From the NCBI RefSeq assembly GCF_964355755.1, contig NC_092680.1, positions 10,664,001 to 10,728,000 on the forward strand: 64,000 nucleotides of DNA, read 5' to 3'. Below are positions 53,001 to 64,000 of the stretch, one piece after another (within the stretch, counting starts at the first letter, position 1; each line of letters begins with the position of its first letter). A program made the position numbers and the translations under genes. The stretch is from Antedon mediterranea. Lineage: Eukaryota > Animalia > Echinodermata. Under the pieces are notes generated by a model. That model was given only the letters and a program-made list of their open reading frames with translations, made no database searches and had not been told where the DNA came from.

Positions 53001-56000
53001 TAACGGGTAATGCTCAGGTTTGGGTGCTCTCAGCAGTGGGTTCGAACCTATATGGGTATTTTTTTTCTTTTTTTTTTAAATTGAAAATAAATATTGTTTT
53101 TGAAAGTGAGATATTTTGAGGGTTGTAAATGTCATGCCTAACCAAGTGGACCTTTTTTAAAATCAGAAACAAAGTTGCATAACATCATTTTACATTGATT
53201 GATCATTCATTTCATATAAATAGACTATTATGATCTCTTCAGGCATCTACTGGTTTGTGGCGTAACGGGTAATGCTCAGGTTTGAGTGCTCTCAGCAGTG
53301 GGTTCGAACCTATATGGGTATTTTTTTTCTTTTTTTTTTAAATTGAAAATAAATATTGTTTTTGAAAGTGAGATATTTTGAGGGTTGTAAATGTCATGCC
53401 TAACCAAGTGGACCTTTTTTAAAATCAGAAACAAAGTTGCATAACATCATTTTACATTGATTGATCATTCATTTCATATAAATAGACTATTATGATCTCT
53501 TCAGGCATCTACTGGTTTGTGGCGTAACGGGTAATACTCAGGTCTGAGTGCTCTCAGTAGTGTGTTCGCACCTCTAAGGATATTTTTATTTATTTTTTTT
53601 TTAAATTGAAAATAAATATTGTTTATCAGAAACAAAGTTGCATAAGATTATTTTTCATTGATTGATCATCCATTCATATAAATAGACTATTATCAGCTCT
53701 TCAGTCATCTACTGGTTTGTGGCGTAGCGGGTAATGCTCAAGTTTGAGTGCTCGCAGTAGTGTGTTCGCACCTCTAAGGATATTTTTATTTATTTTTTTT
53801 TTAAATTGAAAATAAATATTGTTTTTGAAAGTGAGATATTTTGAGGGTTGTAAATGTCAGGCCTAAACAAGTGGACCTTTTTTAAAATCAGAAAGAAAGT
53901 TGCATGGCATTATTTTTTCATTGATTGATCATTCATTTCATATAAATAGACTATTATCAGCTCCTCAGTCATCTATTGGTTTGTGGCGTAACGGGTAATA
54001 CTCAGGTCTGAGTGCTCTCGGTAGTGGGTTCTAACCTCTAGGGATATTTCTTTTTTCTTTTTTTTTTAATTGAAAATAAATATTTTTTTTGAAAATGAGA
54101 TATTTTGAGAGTTATAAATGTCAGGCCTAAAGAAGTGGACCTTTTTTAAAATCAGAAACAAAGTTGCATGGCATTATTTTTCATTGATTGATCATTAATT
54201 TCATATTATCAGCTCTTCAGTCATCTACTGGTTTGAGGCGTAACGGGTAATACCCAGGTTCGAGTGCTCTCAGTAGCGGGTTCCAACCTCTAGGGATATT
54301 GCTTTTTTTTTTAAATTGAAAATAAATTTTCTTTTTGATAGTGAGATATTTTTATGGTTGTAAATGTCATGCCTAACCAAGTTGAAAATAAATATTGTTT
54401 TTGAAAGTGAAATATTGTTATAGTTGTAAATGTCAGGCCTAAACAAGTGGACCTTTTTTAAAATCAGAAACAAAGTAGACTATTATCAGCTCTTCACTCA
54501 TCTACTGGGTTGTGGCGTAACCGGTAATGCTCAGGGGTGAGTTCTCTCAGTAGTGGGTTCGAATCTCTAGGAATATTTTTTCTTTTTTTTTTAATTGAAA
54601 ATAAATATTGTTTTTGATAGTGAGATATTTTTATGGTTGTAAATGTCATGCCTAACCAAGTCGACCTTTTTAAAAATCAGAAATGAAGTTGCATCGCATT
54701 ATTTTTCATTGATTGATCATCCATTCATATAAATAGACTATTATCAGCTGTTCAGTCATCTACTGGATTGTGGCGTAACGGGTAATGCTCAGGTTTGAGT
54801 GCTCTCAGCAGTGTGTTTGAACCTATATAGGTTTTTTTTTTCTTTTTTTTTTCATTGAAAATAAATATTGTTTTTGAAAGTGAGATATTGTTATGGTTGT
54901 AAATGTCAGGCCTAAACAAGTGGACCTTTTTTAAAATCAGAAACAAAGTTGCATAATATTATTTTTCATTGATTGATCATTTATTTCATATAAATAGACT
55001 ATTATCAGCTCTTCAGTCATCTACTGGTTTGTGGCGTAACGGGTAATGCTCAGGTTTGGGTTCTCTCAGCAGTGGGTTCGAACCTATATGGGTATCTTTT
55101 TTCTTTTTTTTTTAAATTGAAAATAAATATTGTTTTTGAAAGTGAGATATTTTGAGGGTTGTAAATGTCATGCCTAACCAAGTGGACCTTTTTTAAAATC
55201 AGAAACAAAGTTGCATAACATCATTTTACATTGATTGATCATTCATTTCATATAAATAGACTATTATGATCTCTTCAGGCATCTACTGGTTTGTGGCGTA
55301 ACGGGTAATACTCAGGTCTGAGTGCTCTCAGTAGTGTGTTCGCACCTCTAAGGATATTTTTATTTATTTTTTTTTTTAAATTGAAAATAAATATTGTTTA
55401 TCAGAAACAAAGTTGCATAAGATTATTTTTCATTGATTGATCATCCATTCATATAAATAGACTATTATCAGCTCTTCAGTCATCTACTGGTTTGTGGCGT
55501 AGCGGGTAATGCTCAAGTTTGAGTGCTCGCAGTAGTGTGTTCGCACCTCTAAGGATATTTTTATTTATTTTTTTTTTAAATTGAAAATAAATATTGTTTT
55601 TGAAAGTGAGATATTTTGAGGGTTGTAAATGTCAGGCCTAAACAAGTGGACCTTTTTTAAAATCAGAAAGAAAGTTGCATGGCATTTTTTTTTCATTGAT
55701 TGATCATTCATTTCATATAAATAGACTATTATCAGCTCCTCAGTCATCTACTGGTCTGTGGCGTAACGGGTAATACTCAGGTCTGAGTGCTCTCGGTAGT
55801 GGGTTCTAACCTCTAGGGATATTTCTTTTTTCTTTTTTTTTTAATTGAAAATAAATATTTTTTTTGAAAATGAGATATTTTGAGAGTTGTAAATGTCAGG
55901 CCTAAAGAAGTGGACCTTTTTTAAAATCAGAAACAAAGTTGCATGGCATTATTTTTCATTGATTGATCATTAATTTCATATTATCAGCTCTTCAGTCATC

Positions 56001-57689
56001 TACTGGTTTGAGGCGTAACGGGTAATACCCAGGTTCGAGTGCTCTCAGTAGCGGGTTCCAACCTCTAGGGATATTGCTTTTTTTTTTAAATTGAAAATAA
56101 ATATTGTTTTTGATAGTGAGATATTTTTATGGTTGTAAATGTCATGCCTAACCAAGTTGAAAATAAATATTGTTTTTGAAAGTGAAATATTGTTATAGTT
56201 GTAAATGTCAGGCCTAAACAAGTGGACCTTTTTTAAAATCAGAAACAAAGTAGACTATTATCAGCTCTTCACTCATCTACTGGGTTGTGGCGTAACCGGT
56301 AATGCTCAGGGGTGAGTTCTCTCAGTAGTGGGTTCGAATCTCTAGGAATATTTTTTCTTTTTTTTTTAATTGAAAATAAATATTGTTTTTGATAGTGAGA
56401 TATTTTTATGGTTGTAAATGTCATGCCTAACCAAGTCGACCTTTTTAAAAATCAGAAATGGAGTTGCATCGCATTATTTTTCATTGATTGGTCATTCATT
56501 CATATAAATAGACTATTATCAGCTGTTCAGTCATCTACTGGTTTGTGGCGTAACGGGTAATGCTCAGGTTTGAGTGCTCTCAGCAGTGTGTTCGAACCTA
56601 TATGGGTTTTTTTTTTTTTTTTTTTCATTGAAAATAAATATTGTTTTTGAAAGTGAGATATTGTTATGGTTGTAAATGTCAGGCCTAAACAAGTGGACCT
56701 TTTTTAAAATCAGAAACAAAGTTGCATAATATTATTTTTCATTGATTGATCATTTATTTCATATAAATAGACTATTATCAGCTCTTCAGTCATCTACTGG
56801 TTTGTGGCGTAACGGGTAATGCTCAGGTTTGAGTGCTCTCAGCAGTCGGTTCGAACCTATATGGGTATTTTTTTTATTTTTTTTTTAAATTGAAAATAAA
56901 TATTGTTTTTGAAAGTGAGATATTTTGAGGGTTGTAAATGTCATGCCTAACCTAGTGGACCTTTTTTAAAATCAGAAACAAAGTTGCATAACATCATTTT
57001 ACATTGATTGATCATTCATTTCATATAAATAGACTATTATGATCTCTTCAGGCATCTACTGGTTTGTGGCGTAACGGGTAATACTCAGGTCTGAGTGCTC
57101 TCAGTAGTTGGTTCGAACCTCTAGGGATTTTTCTTTTTTCTTTTTTTTTAATTGAAAATAAATTTTTTTTTTTAAATGAGATATTTTGAGGGTTATAAAT
57201 GTCAGGCCTAAAGAAGTGGACCTTTTTTAAAATTAGAAACAAAGTTGCATGGCATTATTTTTCATTGATTGTTCATTAAATTCATATTATCAGCACTTCA
57301 GTAATCTACTGGTTTGTGGCGTAACGGGTAATACCCAGGTTTGATTGCTCTCAGTAGCGGGTTCCAACCTATAGTGATATTGCTTTTTTTCTTATTGAAA
57401 ATAAATATTTTTTTTTAAAATGAGATATTTTGAGGGTTGTAAATGTCAGGCCTAAAGAAATGGATCTTTTTTAAAATCAGAAACAAAGTTGCATGGCATT
57501 ATTTTTCATTGATTGATCATTCATTTCATATAAATAGACTATTATGAGCTCTTCAGTCATCTACTGGTTTGTGGCGTAACGGGTAATGCTCAAGTTTGTG
57601 TGCTCTCAGCATTGGGTTCGAACCTCTACGGATATTTTTATTTTTTTATAATTATTTTTTTTAATTGAAAATAAATATTGTTTTTGAAA
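47084..57689 (+). repeat. Array C copy 4, expanded (~37 tRNA-like cassettes)
   Basis: ~260 bp monomers with internal 1.77-2.04 kb duplications. Confidence 0.92.
49070..50155. mobile_element. MITE-like TIR element, copy 4
   Basis: Left TIR intact, right TIR has one mismatch (gcattggaacggcc); gagctc flanks. Confidence 0.9.
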
Positions 57690-58708
57690 TCAAATACATG
57701 TAAAAAGACTGCCATAAAGCCTCCAAAAGAAGTCAATGTGCTCCTTCGTATTCAGTACTCATGGGTGAGCTTCTTTTCCACCTGGAGTTCTTTTCGAGAG
57801 CTGCTGGGTTCTCGCCCGGAAAATGTTTTATTTACATGATTTGAACAATATTCTAATGTAAATATTACCAGCATCAAAATTTAACAGTGTGGCGTGTTGA
57901 CCGCGAATGATTAACATATTATCTTCCCCATAATACACGTGCACAAGCTCATTTGCATAACAACCACGAGGCATACCAAACTGTTTAAAATAAAGAAAAT
58001 AGAGTTGCACAGACACCCGCCTGAAAATGGTACTTACATGATTTGAAATTATATGAAACAAAATATATAAGACTAACAAGGACAATAGAGCTTGTCCCCG
58101 GAAAGTGCACCTATTCATTGAAATATGAAATTAAATACTACTAGCCCACCATGTTTGGGGCAGAGCTAATAATGAAAATAGAGCCCAGAATTGCACTTAT
58201 ACTTATACTTATTACCATACATAATCACCTATGATATTTATGATTATTTGTTAAAAATTCAACTATCCAGATGCGAATTCAAAAGTTTAGGTAGAGTTTT
58301 CTACTTTAAAAACTCGACTTCGTATACGCCTAAGGCCTAGCCCGGCGGCGGAATTAGTCTAAGTTTCGAAATCGGTCTGGAAATCGGCATCTTTGCAAAT
58401 GTTCTATATTTGATCTATTTCACTCTCCATTAACCCAATACAAAAATCATCGGAGACAAATTATCTGTTTAAAACATGTTTATGCTGGGACGGTGCGGCC
58501 ATACACACCAACTACCATCCATAAATGTTTATTCATAACATATTACAATACAATATCTTGCATGAATCGGACATTTCGCTACCAATGTAGCAACATTGAT
58601 TAACAAAATCAAAATTCAACAGTGTGGCGTGTTGACCGCGAATTACTAACAATACCATCTTTCACACTACACCTGCAAAAAACTCATTTGCATAATAACA
58701 AACGGCAT
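57690..58708. repeat. Spacer D copy 4 (slightly more diverged)
   Basis: Homologous to 9982-11000 with several private substitutions/indels. Confidence 0.8.
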
Positions 58709-61700
58709 ATGATGTTAGCACAATATATGTGCATAAATGGCAATATTATATAGCATAATTTTTGAATTTCAAAAAGTGGAAATTTTGGCAATTTTTCGAA
58801 AAAATTTCAATGGTCCCCCGCAGCAAAATTTTCGAAAAATTGCCAAATTTCGACCCTTTTATTTTTTGACATAACTAGTTACGATGGCTCTATAAGATGA
58901 TTCTATCACAATATATTTGTATAAATGCCAATATAATAGCATAATTATTGAATTTTAAAAAGTGGAAATTTTGGCCATTTTTCATAAAAAATTCCTATGA
59001 AATTTTCGCAAAAATGGCCAAATTTCAAACCTTTTATTTTTTGACATAACTAGTTACTCTGGCTGTATAAGATGATGTTAGCACAATATATTTGCATTAA
59101 TGGCAATATTATAGCATAATTTTCGAATTTAAAAAAGTGTAAATTTTCGCCATTTTTCGAATAAAAATCTTATGGTCCCCCGAAGGGAAATTTTCGAAAA
59201 AATTGCCAAATTTAGACCCTTTTATTTTTTGACATAACTAGTTACTATGGCTCTATAAGATGATGTTAGCACAATATATGTGCATAAATGGCAATATTAT
59301 AGCATAATTTTTTAATTTCAAAAAGTAGAAATTTTGGCAATTTTACGAAAAAATTCCTATGGTCCCCCGCAACGGAATTTTCGAAAAATTGCCAAATTTC
59401 GACCCTTTTATTTTTTGACATAACTAGTTACGATGGCTCTATAAGATGATTCTAACACAATATATTTGCATAAATGCCAATATAATAGCATAATTATTGA
59501 ATTTTAAAAAGTGGAAATTTTGGCCATTTTTCGAAAAAATTCCTATGAAATTTTCGTAAAAATGGCCAAATTTCAAACCTTTTATTTTTTGACATAACTA
59601 GTTACTATGGCTCTATAAGATGATGTTAACACAATATATTTGCATAAATGGCAATATTATAATTATAGCATACTTTTTTAATTTTAAAAAGTAGAAATTT
59701 TGGCCATTTTTCGAAAAAATTCCTATGGTCCCCCGCAGCGAAATTTTCGCAAAAATGGCAAAATTTCAAACCTTTTATTTTTGACATAACTAGTTACTAT
59801 GGCTCTATAAGATGATGTTAGCACAATATATGTGCATAAATGGCAATATTATAGCATAATTTTTGAATTTCAAAAAGTGGAAATTTTGGCAATTTTACGA
59901 AAAAATTCCTATGGTCCCCCGCAACGGAATTTTCCAAAAATTGCCAAATTTCGACCCTTTTATTTTTTGACATAACTAGTTACGATGGCTCTATAAGATG
60001 ATTCTAACACAATATATTTGCATAAATGCCAATATAATAGCATAATTATTGATTTTTAAAAAGTGGAAATTTTTGTCATTTTTCGAAAAGAATTCCTAAC
60101 GCAGGGAAATTTTCGCAAAAATGGCCAAATTTCAAACCTTTTATTTTTTGACATAATTAGTTACTATGGCTCTATAAGATGATGTTAGCACAATATATTT
60201 GCATAAATGGCAATATTATAGCATACTTTTTTAATTTTAAAAAGTAGAGATTTTGGCAATTTTTCGAAAAAATTCCTATGGCAGGGAAATTTTCGCAAAA
60301 ATGGCAAAATTTCAAACCTTTTATTTTTTGACATAACTAGTTACTCTGGCTGTATAAGATGATGTTAGCACAATATATTTGCAAAAATGGCAATATTATA
60401 GCATAATTTTCGAATTTAAAAATGTGTAAATTTTCGCCATTTTTCGAATAAAATTCTTATGGTCCCCCGAAGGGAAATTTTCGAAAAATTACCAAATTTA
60501 GACCCTTTTATTTTTTGACATAACTAGTTACATAAGATGATGTTAGCACAATATATTTGCATAAATGGCAATATTATATAGCATACTTTTTTAATTTTAA
60601 ACAATGGAAATTTTGACCATTTTTCGAAAAAAAATCCTATGGTCCCCCGCAGCAAAATTTACGAAAAATTTGCCAAATTTCGACCCTTTTATTTTTTGAC
60701 ATAACTAGTTACGATGGCTCTATAAGATGATGCTAACACAATATATTTGCATAAATGCCAATATAATAGCATAATTATTGAATTTTTAAAAGTGGAAATT
60801 TTGGCCATTTTTCAAAAAAATTCCTATGAAATTTTCGCAAAAATGGCCAAATTTCAAACCTTTTATTTTTTAACATAACTAGTTACTATGGCTCTATAAT
60901 ATGATGTTAGCACAATATATGTGCATAAATGGCAATATTATAGCATAATTTTTGAATTTCAAAAAGTGGAAATTTTGGCAATTTTTAGAAAAAAATTCCT
61001 ATGGTCCCGCGCAGCGAAATTTTCGAAAAATTGCCAAATTTCAAACCTTTTATTTTTTGACATAATTAGTTACTATGGCTCTATAAGATGATGTTAGCAC
61101 AATATATTTGCATAAATGGCAATATTATAGCATACTTTTTTAATTTTAAAAAGTAGAGATTTTGGCAATTTTTCGAAAAAATTCCTATGGCAGGGAAATT
61201 TTCGCAAAAATGGCAAAATTTCAAACCTTTTATTTTTTGACATAACTAGTTACTCTGGCTGTATAAGATGATGTTAGCACAATATATTTGCAAAAATGGC
61301 AATATTATAGCATAATTTTCGAATTTAAAAATGTGTAAATTTTCGCCATTTTTCGAATAAAATTCTTATGGTCCCCCGAAGGGAAATTTTCGAAAAATTA
61401 CCAAATTTAGACCCTTTTATTTTTTGACATAACTAGTTACATAAGATGATGTTAGCACAATATATTTGCATAAATGGCAATATTATATAGCATACTTTTT
61501 TAATTTTAAACAATGGAAATTTTGACCATTTTTCGAAAAAAAATCCTATGGTCCCCCGCAGCAAAATTTACGAAAAATTTGCCAAATTTCGACCCTTTTA
61601 TTTTTTGACATAACTAGTTACGATGGCTCTATAAGATGATGCTAACACAATATATTTGCATAAATGCCAATATAATAGCATAATTATTGAATTTTTAAAA

Positions 61701-64000
61701 GTGGAAATTTTGGCCATTTTTCAAAAAAATTCCTATGAAATTTTCGCAAAAATGGCCAAATTTCAAACCTTTTATTTTTTGACATAACTAGTTACTATGG
61801 CTCTATAAGATGATGTTAGCACAATATATTTGCATAAATGGCAATATTATATAGCATACTTTTTTAATTTTAAAAAGTAGAAATTTTGGCCATTTTTCGA
61901 AAAAATTCCTATGGTCCCCCGCAGCGAAATTTTCGCAAAAATGGCAAAAAATGTCAAACCTTTTATTTTTAACATAACTAGTTACTATGGCTCTATAATA
62001 TGATGTTAGCACAATATATGTGCATAACTGGCAATATTATAGCATAATTTTTGAATTTCAAAAAGTGGAAATTTTGGCAATTTTTCGAAAAAAATTCCTA
62101 TGGTCCCGCGCAGCGAAATTTTCGAAAAATTGCCAAATTTCAAACCTTTTATTTTTTGACATAATTAGTTACTATGGCTCTATAAGATGATGTTAGCACA
62201 ATATATTTGCATAAATGGCAATATTATAGCATACTTTTTTAATTTTAAAAAGTAGAGATTTTGGCAATTTTTCGAAAAAATTCCTATGGCAGGGAAATTT
62301 TCGCAAAAATGGCAAAATTTCAAACCTTTTATTTTTTGACATAACTAGTTACTCTGGCTGTATAAGATGATGTTAGCACAATATATTTGCAAAAATGGCA
62401 ATATTATAGCATAATTTTCGAATTTAAAAATGTGTAAATTTTCGCCATTTTTCGAATAAAATTCTTATGGTCCCCCGAAGGGAAATTTTCGAAAAATTAC
62501 CAAATTTAGACCCTTTTATTTTTTGACATAACTAGTTACATAAGATGATGTTAGCACAATATATTTGCATAAATGGCAATATTATATAGCATACTTTTTT
62601 AATTTTAAACAATGGAAATTTTGACCATTTTTCGAAAAAAAATCCTATGGTCCCCCGCAGCAAAATTTACGAAAAATTTGCCAAATTTCGACCCTTTTAT
62701 TTTTTGACATAACTAGTTACGATGGCTCTATAAGATGATGCTAACACAATATATTTGCATAAATGCCAATATAATAGCATAATTATTGAATTTTTAAAAG
62801 TGGAAATTTTGGCCATTTTTCAAAAAAATTCCTATGAAATTTTCGCAAAAATGGCCAAATTTCAAACCTTTTATTTTTTGACATAACTAGTTACTATGGC
62901 TCTATAAGATGATGTTAGCACAATATATTTGCATAAATGGCAATATTATATAGCATACTTTTTTAATTTTAAAAAGTAGAAATTTTGGCCATTTTTCGAA
63001 AAAATTTCTATGGTCCCCCGCAGCGAAATTTTCGCAAAAATGGCAAAAAATGTCAAACCTTTTATTTTTAACATAACTAGTTACTATGGCTCTATAATAT
63101 GATGTTAGCACAATATATGTGCATAAATGGCAATATTATAGCATAATTTTTGAATTTCAAAAAGTGGAAATTTTGGCAATTTTTCGAAAAAATTCCTATG
63201 GTCCCGCGCAGCGAAATTTTCGAAAAATTGCCAAATTTCGACCCTTTTATTTTTTGACATAACTAGTTACGATGGCTCTATGAGATGATTCTAACACAAT
63301 ATATTTGCATAAATGCCAATATAATAGCATAATTATTGAATTTTAAAAAGTGGAAATTTTTGCCATTTTTCGAAAAAATTCCTATGGTCCCCCGCAGGGA
63401 AATTTTCGAATAAATGGCCAAATTTCAAACCTTTTATTTTTTGACATAACTAGTTACTATGGCTCTATAAGATGATGTTAACACAATATATTTGCATAAA
63501 TGGCAATATTATAATTATAGCATACTTTTTTAATTTTAAAAAGTAGAAATTTTGGCCATTTTTCGAAAAAATTCCTATGGTCCCCCGCAGGGAAATTTTC
63601 GAATAAATGGCCAAATTTCAAACCTTTTATTTTTTGACATAACTAGTTACTATGGCTCTATAAGATGATGTTAACACAATATATTTGCATAAATGGCAAT
63701 ATTATAATTATAGCATACTTTTTTAATTTTAAAAAGTAGAAATTTTGGCCATTTTTCGAAAAAATTCCTATGGTCCCCCGCAGCGAAATTTTCGCAAAAA
63801 TGGCAAAATTTCAAACCTTTTATTTTTGACATAACTAGTTACTATGGCTCTATAAGATGATGTTAGCACAATATATGTGCATAAATGGCAATATTATAGC
63901 ATAATTTTTGAATTTCAAAAAGTGGAAATTTTGGCAATTTTACGAAAAAATTCCTATGGTCCCCCGCAACGGAATTTTCCAAAAATTGCCAAATTTCGAC
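58709..64000. repeat. Long satellite A array running off the window end
   Basis: ~187 bp monomers with 0.9-1.1 kb higher-order periodicity. Confidence 0.95.

Overview
This is AT-rich eukaryotic (probably animal/invertebrate) heterochromatin-like DNA with no intact host gene. The window holds about four tandem copies of a 12-16 kb composite macro-unit. Each unit runs: [satellite A, ~187 bp monomers] - [satellite B, ~80-88 bp monomers with an internal inversion] - [5'- and 3'-truncated CR1/L2-type LINE: SGNH-esterase/zinc-knuckle ORF1 plus AP-endonuclease part of ORF2, no RT] - [array C of ~260 bp monomers, each carrying a TATA + A box + B box + oligo-T tRNA-like cassette, interrupted once by a ~1.09 kb TIR element] - [~1 kb spacer D]. 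Diagnostic variants alternate, so copies 1 and 3 match and copies 2 and 4 match. Copy-specific events include an RTE-type LINE 3' end in satellite A and a palindrome-rich Crypton-like element nested in the TIR element of copy 3. The most striking feature is the roughly 85 degenerate tRNA-like Pol III cassettes. All coordinates and counts were read by eye.
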